NCBI GenBank assembly: GCA_965652925.1
Contig: CBFGXL010000004.1
Span: 358 to 64,357 of the forward strand
From: an uncultured bacterium
GTDB lineage: Bacteria; Patescibacteriota; Minisyncoccia; Phycocordibacterales; UBA918
DNA: 64,000 nt
Direction: 5' to 3'
Both the position numbers and the translations under genes were made by a program. Below are positions 30,512-41,345 of this stretch, piece after piece. Below the pieces are notes generated by a model that saw nothing but the letters and a program-made list of their open reading frames with translations, had not been told where the DNA came from and searched no databases. The number at the start of each line of letters is the position of its first letter. Positions within the stretch are counted from its first letter, which is position 1.

Positions 30512-30877
30512 TCACCAGAACTGATACCATGGTTTTTTTGGCTCAATAGGTACCACCGGCTCGACTTTCTCCTCCTCCCCCACAATGATGATTACTTGTT
30601 CGCCTTCTTTTGCTACATCAAAATGCTTGCGGATTTCTTCTTCGATGCCCCGCTCTCCAGAAAGGTACTCCACCCGCTGCTCAAGCTGATTCTTCCGTTC
30701 CATGAGCTGGGCTTTTTTCTGTTCTGTCTCATGTTTCCGTTGTGCCATTTCCCGTTCAACTGTAAAACGCGCATACACCGCCACGCTTAAAAAGACTACC
30801 AAAATTCCCAAAATCACGAGCACTGGCCGTGAGTAGAGGTAGTCGGTAATTCTTCTCTTCTTGCCGAAGCTTGCCAT
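30512..30877 (-). CDS. Septum formation initiator-like protein (FtsB/DivIC-like)
   Basis: Single N-terminal TM helix followed by a coiled-coil (QKKAQLMERKNQLEQRVEYL). 121 aa. Confidence 0.45.
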   Translation of the reverse strand: MASFGKKRRITDYLYSRPVLVILGILVVFLSVAVYARFTVEREMAQRKHETEQKKAQLMERKNQLEQRVEYLSGERGIEEEIRKHFDVAKEGEQVIIIVGEEEKVEPVVPIEPKKPWYQFW

Positions 30878-30926
30878 GTGGTATCATTCTAGCATTCTTT
30901 AAAGACACGTTAACATACAGAGCTAC

Positions 30927-31052
30927 ATGAGTTTTCTTTTCCACAAACGAACCAAATCAGCCATTAAATGGATATGGATAGTGATCGCCATTCTTATCAT
31001 ACTCAGCATGGTATTCGCATACTCAGGAGGAAGCGGTGGTCTATTCTAAAAA
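30927..31052 (+). CDS. Small membrane protein (41 aa)
   Basis: ATG at 30927 encodes MSFLFHKRTKSAIKWIWIVIAILIILSMVFAYSGGSGGLF, which has one TM helix. A strong terminator hairpin follows at 31049-31083. It is below the track's length cut-off. Confidence 0.4.
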
Positions 31053-31109
31053 AGACCGGACAGTCGTCCGGTCTTTTTTATTCTTATTTTTTGAGAGTAT
31101 ACTGTCTTT

Positions 31110-31742
31110 ATGCGTATCACAAAACTAGGCCATTGTTGCCTCATATTAGAAGAAAAAGGTGTGAAAATCCTTACAGATCCAGGTGCTTTCACCACTGCAC
31201 AGGATGAAGTGAGTGGTATAGATATCATTTTGATAACTCATGAACATTTTGATCACTACCATGTGCCATCGCTCACAAAAGTTTTGAAGAACAACCCTGA
31301 AGCGGTTGTGGTCACAAACAAGGCGGTGGGCTCACTCTTAGAGAAAGAAGGAATTTTATACACAGTAGTCGGAGACGGGGACTCCACAGAAATAAAAGGC
31401 CTCACTATCGAGGGCTTCGGAACAGAACATGGAAAAGTATACGGCAACTTGCCTGCGGTTGAGAACACGGGATATCTTGTATCAAGCAGATTCTACTTTC
31501 CTGGCGATGCGCTTCACAACCCACAAAGACAAATTGATATTCTCGCCCTTCCGGTTGCTGGACCTTGGCTCAAGATGTCTGAAGTGATCGCCTACGCACA
31601 AGAGGTCGCACCTCGAGTTGCTTTCCCCGTACATGATGGTTGGAAACCTCAGGAAGTATGGCAAAAATTCCCCTCTCAGATCTTACCTGAGATGGGTATT
31701 GATTTCGTCATTCTCAAAGACGGAGAAACTCAAGAGTTTTAA
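31110..31742 (+). CDS. MBL-fold metallo-hydrolase
   Basis: THEHFDHY (HxHxDH) metallo-beta-lactamase motif. Confidence 0.75.
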   Translation: MRITKLGHCCLILEEKGVKILTDPGAFTTAQDEVSGIDIILITHEHFDHYHVPSLTKVLKNNPEAVVVTNKAVGSLLEKEGILYTVVGDGDSTEIKGLTIEGFGTEHGKVYGNLPAVENTGYLVSSRFYFPGDALHNPQRQIDILALPVAGPWLKMSEVIAYAQEVAPRVAFPVHDGWKPQEVWQKFPSQILPEMGIDFVILKDGETQEF

Positions 31743-31799
31743 AAAGTCTTATTATCTGGTTTAGAATTCAAAAATACCAGTCAAAGTCTAAAGAGCTAC

Positions 31800-33590
31800 C
31801 TATTCGTCGCTCTTTACCATTTTCATGAAGACCTCTGGTGGTATATTTACCTTTCCATAGGCAAGCATTCGTTTCTTTCCCTTCTTCTGCTTCTCGCGCA
31901 GTTTCATCTTTCGGGTTATGTCTCCGCCGTAGAGATAACCTGTTACGTCTTTCTTCATTGCAGAAAGCGAACGTGAGGCGATGATGCGTCCCATGGTCTT
32001 TGCCTGTATTTTAACAACGAACATCTGACGTGGAAGTGTGGTATAGAGTTTTTCAACAACTGCTTTTGCCTCGGTCTCAGCCCGGCGGATACCGATCACG
32101 CGGGAGAACGCAGGCACAATCTCCTCAGCAACGAGAACATCAAGCCGTGCAACTGACGCAGGGCGAACCTCGACAATCTCGTATGAAAGCGAGGCATAGC
32201 CACTTGATGCATTTTTGAGCTTATCGAAAAAACCGCGCATAAGCTCACGCAATGGCATCTCAACAGTCAAAAGCGTACGGCCATCACCAAACACCTCCGT
32301 TTCAAGCACCGTTCCCTCATGGTCATACAGAAGCGTCATAACATTTCCCATGTAATCGGGGGGCATAATGATCGAGGCCAAGATCCACGGTTCCCGGACG
32401 GTTACTTTATCGTGAAAATCTGGAAACCGTGACGCAGCGTAAATTTCTTCGCTATGACCATCTTCATGTGTAACCTCGTATGAAATTGAAGGTGAGGTAA
32501 TGATAAGCTCGACATTGAACTCCCGCTTAAGGCGCTCAGTTATGATCTCCAGGTGAAGCATTCCCAAAAAACCGCAACGGAAACCCCGGCCTAAAACACC
32601 GGATGATTCCTCTTCATAAGAGAGAGAAGAGTCTGAAAGCTTCAAACGGTCAAGCGCTTGGCGGAGTATCGTGAAATCATCCTGGCTTTCAGGAAAGACC
32701 GACGCCCACACCACTGGTTTTGCCTCTTGGTAGCCGGGAAGCGGCTCTGAGACACTTTTCTCAAATACGATAGTGTCTCCTACAGAGGCAACGCCTGGCT
32801 CCTTAATGCCAGTTACAATATAGCCGATCTCCCCAGAAGAGAGCGAAGGTACAGGCACTTCACTTGGTGCAAGCATGCCAACTTCCAGAGCCTGAAACGT
32901 CTTTCCGCTTATTGCAAACTTCAGCTGATCCCCTTTTTTGACGGTACCGTCAAAAACGCGCAAATATACAATGATACCTCTGTGATTTGAGTACTGAAAA
33001 TCAAAGATAAGACCGCGTAAATTTGTTCCTTCTGTTGCACGCGGCGCAGGAATGCGTTCGCAAATCGCATCAAGAAGATCAGTAACTCCCTCCCCGGTCT
33101 TTCCTGACACTCGAAGAATGGAATCAGCATCACAGTCAAGCAGCTTTACAATTTCCTCGCCAACTTCAGCAATACGCGCGTGCGGCACATCCACTTTTGT
33201 TAAAACAGGAATGATCGTAAGGTTCTGCTCCTTCGCCATCTGCAAAACGCTCAGTGTCTGTGCCTGTACTCCCTGCGTGCTGTCAACAAGAAGAAGTACG
33301 CCTTCAACGGCATTGAGCGCACGCGACACTTCATAAGAAAAATCTATGTGCCCAGGCGTGTCGATGAGGTTAAGCTCAAACGGCACACCGTTGTGAGTAT
33401 ATGACATCCGTACCGGCTGCATCTTGATGGTAATGCCACGCTCGCGCTCAAGATCCATCGAATCAAGCACCTGCTCTTTCATCAGGCGTGCTTCAACCGT
33501 TTTTGTCTCTTCAAGCATGCGGTCAGCAAGGGTCGATTTGCCGTGGTCGATATGTGCAATAATGCTGAAGTTTCTGATCTGCGGCTTCAT
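31800..33590 (-). CDS. lepA: Elongation factor 4 (LepA)
   Basis: GTPase G1 motif AHIDHGKSTL, EF-G-like domains and the LepA-specific C-terminal domain. 596 aa. Confidence 0.95.
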   Translation of the reverse strand: MKPQIRNFSIIAHIDHGKSTLADRMLEETKTVEARLMKEQVLDSMDLERERGITIKMQPVRMSYTHNGVPFELNLIDTPGHIDFSYEVSRALNAVEGVLLLVDSTQGVQAQTLSVLQMAKEQNLTIIPVLTKVDVPHARIAEVGEEIVKLLDCDADSILRVSGKTGEGVTDLLDAICERIPAPRATEGTNLRGLIFDFQYSNHRGIIVYLRVFDGTVKKGDQLKFAISGKTFQALEVGMLAPSEVPVPSLSSGEIGYIVTGIKEPGVASVGDTIVFEKSVSEPLPGYQEAKPVVWASVFPESQDDFTILRQALDRLKLSDSSLSYEEESSGVLGRGFRCGFLGMLHLEIITERLKREFNVELIITSPSISYEVTHEDGHSEEIYAASRFPDFHDKVTVREPWILASIIMPPDYMGNVMTLLYDHEGTVLETEVFGDGRTLLTVEMPLRELMRGFFDKLKNASSGYASLSYEIVEVRPASVARLDVLVAEEIVPAFSRVIGIRRAETEAKAVVEKLYTTLPRQMFVVKIQAKTMGRIIASRSLSAMKKDVTGYLYGGDITRKMKLREKQKKGKKRMLAYGKVNIPPEVFMKMVKSDE

Positions 33591-33605
33591 AATGGTCCGC
33601 GTACT

Positions 33606-35282
33606 TTACAGTACATCCTCTTGCGGCGCAACGACATCAGTCTTGAATATACGTCGATGGAATGCCTTATATATCTCCTGAAGCTCAGGCGAGCGGAGCA
33701 TGTGATAAGTCAAAATCACTCCGACAATGCCTACCCCGCCGCCAAGCATTCCCTGGATGAGAATACCGAGGAAAGAAGCCTCGTTGATACCTCCAACAAA
33801 GAAGTTGAGAGTGGCATACGCACACAAAGAGCCCACCAAAGTTGCCAAAAAAGCTCTGCCGAGGTTTGAGGAAAGCCATACAAGAGGTATCGAGAAACTT
33901 CGCACAGCACAAAAGAACAACACCAACGTCTGTGCGCAGATTGCAATGCTGTAGGAGAGCGCCACAATGACCACTTCAGAGCCGGACACTCCTTCAATGC
34001 GAAGCAAGGATCCGAGCACAGAGACAAAGCCGGGGTAGTTGACATACATGCCGTACATGAAGAATGTCAGAGCAACAGCGAACAGCGAACCGACAAACGT
34101 GACGACAAATGGCGTTTTAGTATTACCGCCTGCATAGAATGCACGAACAATGAGGAGGTTGATCGCCTGGGCAAAAAGAGACAGGCAGAGAAGTGCGAGT
34201 GTTGCTGCTGTCAGACGTGTATCTCCCCAATCAAATGCGCCGCTTCCAAGTACCACACGGACCAATTGTGCACGAAGGACTATAACAAGTCCTATTGCCG
34301 GCACCGACCAGAAAATAATATGGCGCAGGGCTGTGACAATGTGAAGCCGGAATGCATCCATTTTCTTCTGCGCAAACAGATCAGCCAAAAAAGGAAACGC
34401 GGCAATAGAGTAACTCGCTCCAATGACGGCAAGCGGCACCGACTGTAGATTGTATGCTAACTGAAACACCGCAACGGAACCCACGGTCATGAGACTAGTG
34501 ATACCGATCAATACCAAAAGAACTATCTGATGCATGGCAAGCGTTATAGCGCGCGGAACCGAAACGCCGAGCACTTGTTTGATGAGCGGAAAAGAAACTG
34601 TTGTGGTGAAACCGAACGAGAGATTACTCTTCTGAACCAAGGGAAGTTGGACGAGCATATGTCCTAACGCGCCCAACACTACGCCAAGTGCCAATCCGGA
34701 AAGTCCCATGTATGGATACAAAAAAACAATGCCGGCGATGATACCGATATTATAAATAAGCGGACTTACTGCATAGAGCACAAATCGGTGTCCGAGCTGC
34801 GTAACCACACCGAACAAGCTCGAGATACCAAGCAGCATTGGCTGCAAAAGCAGGATACGCGTAAGTGTTACAAGCTCCTCCTGATGCTCCACCATGCCAG
34901 GAAAAAGCAAAGGGAGAATGAAGGGTGCACACACAGCGATGAAAAGCGCCAGAACTGTGTACACTGCAAGGAACACGCTAAACACCTGACTTAAAAGTTG
35001 TCGTGCTGAGGACGCATCGTCACCTTTAATGCGGCTCGCAACAAAAGGAATGAGCACATACACTGACAAAGTTGAGGCGAACAGCACATACAAGAGATCG
35101 GGTATTCGGAACGCAGCATAGTACAGGTCAAGCTCAACACCAGCACCGAATTCGTGAGCAAGCATGCGGTCCCGCACAAGTGCAAGAAGTTGTGAACCGA
35201 AAGTGAAAAGCCCAAGAACGTACGCGGCCTGATGCAGGCCGCGTACTTCTTTGTATACTATCTCGAACACCTTCTTTACCAT
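33606..35282 (-). CDS. murJ: Lipid II flippase MurJ (MviN)
   Basis: 558-aa protein with about 14 TM helices. N-terminal region ...GSQLLALVRDRMLAHEFGAG...DLYYAAFRIPDLLY is typical of MurJ/MOP. Confidence 0.85.
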   Translation of the reverse strand: MVKKVFEIVYKEVRGLHQAAYVLGLFTFGSQLLALVRDRMLAHEFGAGVELDLYYAAFRIPDLLYVLFASTLSVYVLIPFVASRIKGDDASSARQLLSQVFSVFLAVYTVLALFIAVCAPFILPLLFPGMVEHQEELVTLTRILLLQPMLLGISSLFGVVTQLGHRFVLYAVSPLIYNIGIIAGIVFLYPYMGLSGLALGVVLGALGHMLVQLPLVQKSNLSFGFTTTVSFPLIKQVLGVSVPRAITLAMHQIVLLVLIGITSLMTVGSVAVFQLAYNLQSVPLAVIGASYSIAAFPFLADLFAQKKMDAFRLHIVTALRHIIFWSVPAIGLVIVLRAQLVRVVLGSGAFDWGDTRLTAATLALLCLSLFAQAINLLIVRAFYAGGNTKTPFVVTFVGSLFAVALTFFMYGMYVNYPGFVSVLGSLLRIEGVSGSEVVIVALSYSIAICAQTLVLFFCAVRSFSIPLVWLSSNLGRAFLATLVGSLCAYATLNFFVGGINEASFLGILIQGMLGGGVGIVGVILTYHMLRSPELQEIYKAFHRRIFKTDVVAPQEDVL

Positions 35283-35290
35283 GTGCTTCT

Positions 35291-37780
35291 TTATTGCTGC
35301 TGTGTTTCTACATCGGCATCTTCCTCGCTATCAATGATATTCACGGGGGAAACAAGCGACGTGTCAGGAGTTTCGGTGGTTGTTATCGCATCATCTTCAG
35401 CACTCACCGTCTGAGGTTCATCAACCTGTCCAGTCGTCTCAGGAGCAAGGATAAGCGGCTGCCCAGACTGCAGCTGAGCAATAAGTGTCTCCACTTCGAC
35501 ATTGCCAGGGTTTAGCGCCAAGACTGCCTGCAGTTGAGCAATCGCCCCTTTTGTGTCACCTTTTTGAGCGAGAGAAAGTGCGAGGAAATAGCGAGCATTG
35601 GCATAATTGGTATCAAGTTCTATTGCTTTATTAAAAGCCACAATCGAACCATCAATATCACCGCTTGCGGCAAGCAATACGCCAAGCTGATAGTGCCGGG
35701 CAGGGTTGTTCGGTTCAAGAGAAGTGATCGCTCGGGTTGTTGCAACAGCGTTATCGGTTTTTCCTTCGGCAATATCTATCTGCGTAAGAAAGAACAATGC
35801 ATCAGTGTAATTACGTTTAAGTGTAGCTGCCTCTTGCGCTTTTGTGCGCGCATTTTCAAGATCACCTGTTCGTGAAGCAAGCTGAGCTTCAAGAAGAGCA
35901 TAGAGAGGGTTCGCCGGATCAAATGACCTCGCTTTTGTGAAAGCTTCACCTGCCTTGTCTTGTGCACCTTCTACAGAAGCGGCCGCCAGAACACTGTAAA
36001 TGCTGCCGAGCATAGACCAGTTAAGTGAATCAGTCGGATCCTGATTTGTAGCAAGCATTGCTGCATCAATACCTGTCTGCACACTTGCCTGAAACTCAGC
36101 CTGCTGTTCCTCAGAAAGTTCAGGCAGTGATACAAGGGCATTGATCTTAGCAAGCTGATACGATGCAAGTTGGAGCGCATACGCCTCATTTTGAGAAAGT
36201 CGGTATGCTTCCACAATATCCTCTTCAATCTGTGCAATGTCCGCACCAACAACCTGTGCTGAAGACAGCGCTTTACCATACGTATGCACACCCGAATAAT
36301 GTCGAATGGTGTAGTACAGTGCGCTTGATGACCCGACAATGACGATCATGACAAAACCCACAAGCAGGATACCGGCTCGCTTATTTGAGGCGATAGAGAA
36401 CGAAAAGACTCTTGAGGGCACTGACACGCTGTATGCCGCAAATGTAACACTGGTAAGAATGCCAGCCAGGAGGATGATAGTTGCGCCCGGTACATACACA
36501 AAGGACATGACCCACAGATACGTCGATGCAACGAATGAAGAACTGCCTATGAAGTACCAGAAAGTATCTTCCCGTGTCGCTCTGAAAAGCATGCGGAAGC
36601 CTGCGTAGAAAAACAGGGAGAAAAAGACCAACCACGCAGCGATGCCAAGAATACCTGTAGTTGCGAAGAATGTTGTCAGATAGCCACTGGCACCCTTGAA
36701 ATCCGTTGCCCAAAATACCGTCTCATTGATCGCCGGGTCTTTGTAGAGACGCCAGGCATCAACGAATTTATTCGGTCCGATCCCAACAAACGCATTCTCC
36801 TTGAAAACATTCCGTGTTATTTCCATAGTTGAAGAGAATGATGGCCTCACCTCAATATATGAGATACCTGTCGCCTTTGAGATCATCCCTCCAATAGGAC
36901 CACTTCCGATAATAAAAAGAAGAGAAACAATAAAAACGAGTGTGGTAAGTACGATAGAAGGTATTGATATGCTTGTCTTTTTCCCTTCCAGAGTCATGGT
37001 CTTCTCAGCAAACCGATCCTTGGTGAGACTGTACATCAAGAGGACAAGGCTCACGAGCCCGAGAACGATCCAGACGGCATAGAAGTTGACCACCCCAAGC
37101 ATGATAAGCGCAAAAACGATAACTGTGGCAAACAGAGTTTTGCCTGAACGAGTAAGCGGTAGTTGTTCAAATGCAACTAGCGCTACAAGAATTGAGAGGC
37201 CGAAAAACAAAGCCAAGTCATTCCATCCCCCAATCGGCGTGGACACAAGATCACGCAAGAGTCCCAACGATAGCATTTCCGGCCCAAAAAACAGCCGCAG
37301 CAGGTGGAATACGCCGAGGACAACCGCACTTCCGGTTAACAGTACGTATAAGCGCATGATGCTTCCTTTGGTCTGACCAATAAGAAGCGTGACAGTTGCA
37401 ATGCCTGCTAGTAACACAAGAAACAAACTTGTATGCACGCCGATGTCATCTCCAATGAAGGCATCGCGCATATCTCCCGATAAGACAGCCGACACCACTG
37501 TTGCAAGGGCAACCCCCCATAAGCCCCACAAAGCAAGCGGGGCAGCAAGAGACACCTTGCCTGAGCGCAGGACCGACAAACTGAAAAAAATAACAGAGAG
37601 CAGTACGCCGACTATGACAAAAATGGTCTTTGCATAATCAAATGGTATGTACGAAACGGGAATAAAAAAAAGCGGAAGGACTCCAAACACAACCGCAATA
37701 ATGTTCTGTGCTATTTCTAACAATGTTTGTTCGATCGGATCCTTCGAGTCATTCTGCTTGAGCAATATTGTTTCCTGCAT
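35291..37780 (-). CDS. Large polytopic membrane protein (O-antigen ligase/Wzy_C-like) with C-terminal TPR repeats
   Basis: N-terminal ~500 aa contain 10 or more TM helices. C-terminal ~300 aa contain multiple TPR-like repeats (…NARYFLALSLAQKGDTKGAIAQLQAVLALNPGN…). Confidence 0.45.
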   Translation of the reverse strand: MQETILLKQNDSKDPIEQTLLEIAQNIIAVVFGVLPLFFIPVSYIPFDYAKTIFVIVGVLLSVIFFSLSVLRSGKVSLAAPLALWGLWGVALATVVSAVLSGDMRDAFIGDDIGVHTSLFLVLLAGIATVTLLIGQTKGSIMRLYVLLTGSAVVLGVFHLLRLFFGPEMLSLGLLRDLVSTPIGGWNDLALFFGLSILVALVAFEQLPLTRSGKTLFATVIVFALIMLGVVNFYAVWIVLGLVSLVLLMYSLTKDRFAEKTMTLEGKKTSISIPSIVLTTLVFIVSLLFIIGSGPIGGMISKATGISYIEVRPSFSSTMEITRNVFKENAFVGIGPNKFVDAWRLYKDPAINETVFWATDFKGASGYLTTFFATTGILGIAAWLVFFSLFFYAGFRMLFRATREDTFWYFIGSSSFVASTYLWVMSFVYVPGATIILLAGILTSVTFAAYSVSVPSRVFSFSIASNKRAGILLVGFVMIVIVGSSSALYYTIRHYSGVHTYGKALSSAQVVGADIAQIEEDIVEAYRLSQNEAYALQLASYQLAKINALVSLPELSEEQQAEFQASVQTGIDAAMLATNQDPTDSLNWSMLGSIYSVLAAASVEGAQDKAGEAFTKARSFDPANPLYALLEAQLASRTGDLENARTKAQEAATLKRNYTDALFFLTQIDIAEGKTDNAVATTRAITSLEPNNPARHYQLGVLLAASGDIDGSIVAFNKAIELDTNYANARYFLALSLAQKGDTKGAIAQLQAVLALNPGNVEVETLIAQLQSGQPLILAPETTGQVDEPQTVSAEDDAITTTETPDTSLVSPVNIIDSEEDADVETQQQ

Positions 37781-37867
37781 GGTTAAACACGGGCTTACCT
37801 CCTTTATAATACTTATAGGATAGCACGTATATCTCGCCTTGAATCACTCCGCAGGCGCTACCCGTGT

Positions 37868-38272
37868 AAAAGAAAAGCCCCATAAAATGGGGCACTTCTT
37901 CACGCTATAAGCCGGATTCTGTCTAGAATCAAAAGATTTCTAGGATGACCATATACCTGGGCTGCCTGTTGCCAGACAGCTCTTGCGGCTCTCCTGGCCG
38001 CATTTTTGGTTGGACATGCATCATATCTCCCCAAAAATGCGGCCAGGCGCGGCCTTGCACGCGAGTAAGGATTTAGCCGTTTCACCTCCCCTGTTGCCAG
38101 GAAAGCTCATCCCAAGGGGATGCCCGAGGCTTTCGCTTTGGGCGTCTCTGCTCGCACCTCGCTTTAAGAATGCATGAAGCCTCTTAAAGGACGGGAATTA
38201 CCCGCTACCCTGTTTGACGTACTTTCGCACGAAAGCGTGTCCGGACTTTCCTCCCCGATCATGTAGACCAGG
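37868..38272 (-). ncRNA. rnpB: RNase P RNA (bacterial type)
   Basis: On the minus strand: the P4 5' strand GGAGGAAAGTCCGGAC near the 5' end, ACAGAATCCGGCTTA near the 3' end, and a GGTGAAACGG module. A terminator gccccattttatggggc + T-run follows. No credible ORF. Confidence 0.75.
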
Positions 38273-38312
38273 GCGATCATCTGCGCGGGGACATTATGCA
38301 ACATAAATAGTG

Positions 38313-38819
38313 TTATTGCAAATTTCTCTTTATATCTTCAGGAATGAGCGACGGGGGTAGTGTGAGCGTGTCTCCAACTTTTATCTTCAACGAGGAAACA
38401 AAAAATGCATTCATCTCAAGCACAAACCGCGCATCCAGGGGTGGCGAAAAGACCGTATGAGGATACGAGTCGGGTGAAGCATTCTCCACGATATGGATCA
38501 CTTTGAGATTCTTATCTATCCAAAGAATATCAATAGGAATGAGCATGTCCTTCATCCAAATACCGTGCTTTCCATCAGCGTCGAAAATGAACAGTTTCCC
38601 TTCCAGATCACGCAGACCTGATACTCCGCTCAGCCCAGCAATACGTTCATCGGTTTCGTCGGCAACAGTCACATCAATCGCGACAGAGGCGAGGTATATA
38701 GTATGCACCGGTTCATCACTGAACAATGCGTAACGAAGATCATCCCAGTAATTCTGGTACAAGTAGAGTGCCATGACTACACATATGACCATTATTGCTG
38801 TTTCAAAGAAAAATCGCAT
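38313..38819 (-). CDS. DUF192 (COG1430) domain protein
   Basis: LFIFDADGKHGIWMKDMLIPIDILWID motif typical of DUF192. N-terminal TM anchor. Confidence 0.6.
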   Translation of the reverse strand: MRFFFETAIMVICVVMALYLYQNYWDDLRYALFSDEPVHTIYLASVAIDVTVADETDERIAGLSGVSGLRDLEGKLFIFDADGKHGIWMKDMLIPIDILWIDKNLKVIHIVENASPDSYPHTVFSPPLDARFVLEMNAFFVSSLKIKVGDTLTLPPSLIPEDIKRNLQ

Positions 38820-38825
38820 ATCTCT

Positions 38826-39233
38826 TTACCAAGGCCAATACTGGATAACAAATGCTCCCCCAACTACAAAAATGAAAAAGAAGCTTGCGTGTAAAAGAAA
38901 ATAGATAAGCGTTCTGCCTTCCTTCAGACACAGCGATGCGAGGAATGCACATACAAACAAAAATACATAGAGCGAGACATAAAATGGTGAAAGTGCAAGC
39001 AATGGTGAAAGCGCAAGCAGATATGAAAGCAAAGACAATAGTATGGCGTACGTTACTCCCATAAATAGGAGCTGCAGTGCTTCACTGTATTCTTTTTTCT
39101 GCGCCGAAGTGAGGGCGTGTTTCTCCCACACACCGCCAAATAAATAAGACGAATACCAGATAGTACTGATAGCAAGCATCAGGAAAGTACTCCCGATAAC
39201 TGCGATTTCATTTATGATCGTGAAAGGTGGCAT
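38826..39233 (-). CDS. Hypothetical polytopic membrane protein (135 aa)
   Basis: Start taken at internal MPPFTIIN. The longer track ORF would overlap the upstream methyltransferase gene. Four TM helices. Confidence 0.4.
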   Translation of the reverse strand: MPPFTIINEIAVIGSTFLMLAISTIWYSSYLFGGVWEKHALTSAQKKEYSEALQLLFMGVTYAILLSLLSYLLALSPLLALSPFYVSLYVFLFVCAFLASLCLKEGRTLIYFLLHASFFFIFVVGGAFVIQYWPW

Positions 39234-39282
39234 GGGTACTTTCAGTATACCAGAGCACCAGAGGCGATGACACGGCGCGTGT

Positions 39283-40029
39283 TTAGGAAAGAGCGGTAGG
39301 GTGCGCGACACTCCATGCATAAAAAGCCACTGCTGCTGACGCTGATGCGTTGAGCGACTCTGTTCGTTTGTGCATCGGGATGCTGAGTATGACATCACAG
39401 TGCTCGCGCGTCTTCTGTCGTATGCCCTCCCCTTCATTGCCAAGCACAAAGACAGTTGGCTTGCGGAAATCCTCGTCAGGGAGTGCTGTATCCCCATGTG
39501 CATCAAGTCCGTAGACGAAGAAACCATCCTTCTTCAAGTGCTCGATTGCACGGTTCACATTGGGCACCTCAACGAGCGGCACCTTAAACGCCATCCCTGC
39601 CGAAACCTTCACCACCGTACCGGTGACGCCCGCTTGCCGATGTTTAGGTATGAGTACGCCAGAAAGGCCAAATGCTGCCGCTGATCGCACGATCGCTCCC
39701 ACATTATGTGGATCCTGTACTTCACCCAGAAGCGCCAGAGCAGTATCATCCTGCACAGACAGTGTTGCCCTGAAGTCATCAAATGACAGCACGAGCCGTT
39801 CCTTATCTATCTTGGCAATCATGCCCTGGTGCACGGCATGCTTATCAACCCCCCGCGGAACCGCATCGCCTTTGAAGTACTGCACCTTCTTAACTGAAGA
39901 GAGGAGCTTACTGCGCACCTCTTCCTTTACATCCTCCCGCAAAAAAACCTCAGCGATCACATCGCTTCGAAAAGTAAGCGCCTCGATCACCGCGTGCTTG
40001 CCGTAGATATATATGTATCGGTCATCCAT
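39283..40029 (-). CDS. TrmH/SpoU-family RNA 2'-O-methyltransferase (RlmB-like)
   Basis: SPOUT motifs (LGEVQDPHNVGAIVRSAAAFG, VFVLGNEGEGI, LNASASAAVAFY) and an N-terminal substrate-binding domain. Start taken at MDDRYIYIYG. Confidence 0.8.
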   Translation of the reverse strand: MDDRYIYIYGKHAVIEALTFRSDVIAEVFLREDVKEEVRSKLLSSVKKVQYFKGDAVPRGVDKHAVHQGMIAKIDKERLVLSFDDFRATLSVQDDTALALLGEVQDPHNVGAIVRSAAAFGLSGVLIPKHRQAGVTGTVVKVSAGMAFKVPLVEVPNVNRAIEHLKKDGFFVYGLDAHGDTALPDEDFRKPTVFVLGNEGEGIRQKTREHCDVILSIPMHKRTESLNASASAAVAFYAWSVAHPTALS

Positions 40030-40089
40030 GTCACTGTGAGCATACGGCAATTTGCAAAACACGCAAGATGTGTGCTCTAATGCGAGTCT

Positions 40090-40818
40090 ATGGCACGTCA
40101 TGTCAAAAACACCAAACGCAATCGCCACGGCACTGCGTTCTGGGATCAGGAATACACAAAGGCTGAGCACTTGGCGCTTTCAACGGATGCTAGTGACGAC
40201 CTGGAGAAATTCACCCGATGGCTACAGCGCCAGACGAAGCTATCAATCCTTAATCCGCTCTCGTCGGCGGTTGATTTCGGGTGCGGCAATGGGCGCAACC
40301 TTGTATATTTAGCGCGGAATTTCGGTATGCGCGGAGTCGGCTACGATTCTTCAGCCGCAGCGATCAAGGAGGCAGAACGTCTTTCACAGGGACTCAATCT
40401 TTCATATGAGGTGCGATCGATCGCTGGGACATTCGATCTTGCCGAAGAATCCCAGATGCTTGCCCTTGATATGATGAGTTCCCATTTCCTCAAGAAAGAT
40501 GAACGCGCGCTTTTGCGTGATGAAGCATATCGCATCTTGAAACCGGGCGGATACTTGTTCATGAAGACATTTCTGCGAGACAAAGACCTGCACACCAAGC
40601 GCCTGATTGCTGAGAATCCGGCTGAGGAAGAACATGCGTACATTCACCCAGTTATCGGCGTACAAGAATATGTCTATAGTGAGGAGGAGCTCGTTGCATT
40701 TCTTGAAGAGAAATTCATCGTGCACAAGACCTACCCTTCGCATAAACATGTATCCAGAGGCAAAGCACGGAAGCGGCGCACTATTGCCGTCTATGCACAG
40801 AAAGATCCCTACAAATAA
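40090..40818 (+). CDS. Class I SAM-dependent methyltransferase
   Basis: Motif I VDFGCGNGRN and acidic motif II. Bidirectional terminator at 40829-40858. Confidence 0.75.
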   Translation: MARHVKNTKRNRHGTAFWDQEYTKAEHLALSTDASDDLEKFTRWLQRQTKLSILNPLSSAVDFGCGNGRNLVYLARNFGMRGVGYDSSAAAIKEAERLSQGLNLSYEVRSIAGTFDLAEESQMLALDMMSSHFLKKDERALLRDEAYRILKPGGYLFMKTFLRDKDLHTKRLIAENPAEEEHAYIHPVIGVQEYVYSEEELVAFLEEKFIVHKTYPSHKHVSRGKARKRRTIAVYAQKDPYK

Positions 40819-40866
40819 CAAAAAACACCCGGGCGAGCGCCCGGGTGTTTTTTGTGTGTCTTAAGC

Positions 40867-41064
40867 TTACGCTCGAGATACATTTGCCGCAGCTGGTCCT
40901 TTAGGGCCATCTACAATCTCAAATGTTACAGCCTCTCCTTCCTTAAGGTCGTTGAACTCAACGCCGTTAAGATCCTTAGCGTGGAAGAATACATCCTTCT
41001 CGCCATTATCTGGAGTAATGAAACCGAAACCTCGGTCTGTAACACGTGCAATTTTACCTGTCAT
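40867..41064 (-). CDS. cspA: Cold-shock protein (CspA family)
   Basis: MTGKIARVTDRGFGFITPDNGEKDVFFH has the RNP1 (GFGFI) and RNP2 (VFFH) motifs. Confidence 0.9.
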   Translation of the reverse strand: MTGKIARVTDRGFGFITPDNGEKDVFFHAKDLNGVEFNDLKEGEAVTFEIVDGPKGPAAANVSRA

Positions 41065-41345
41065 CTTTTTTTGTTTACTTATTATCACAAAACTTCGCTG
41101 TGCCTATGATCCACTTCTTTTTGAGAAAGATTCTCAAGAGGAGCTTTGCTTTGTTTGCCGCTATTAAAGCACATCTATAAATATATACAAGGGTTGCAGG
41201 CCTGTGTGCTACCCCATGTCCACACAGCCAGCCACTTGCTACCGATGAGCTTTGGGGGTATATTCAGAAAGTCGCCCACCCCATCGGGGATCGGGGCGAT
41301 TCGCACGCAGCCCCATGGCTGCTTTTCAGGAAAGGACTTTTCGAA

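Noticed and set aside
37900-38177. Short ORFs on both strands
   Set aside because: They lie inside the RNase P RNA gene.
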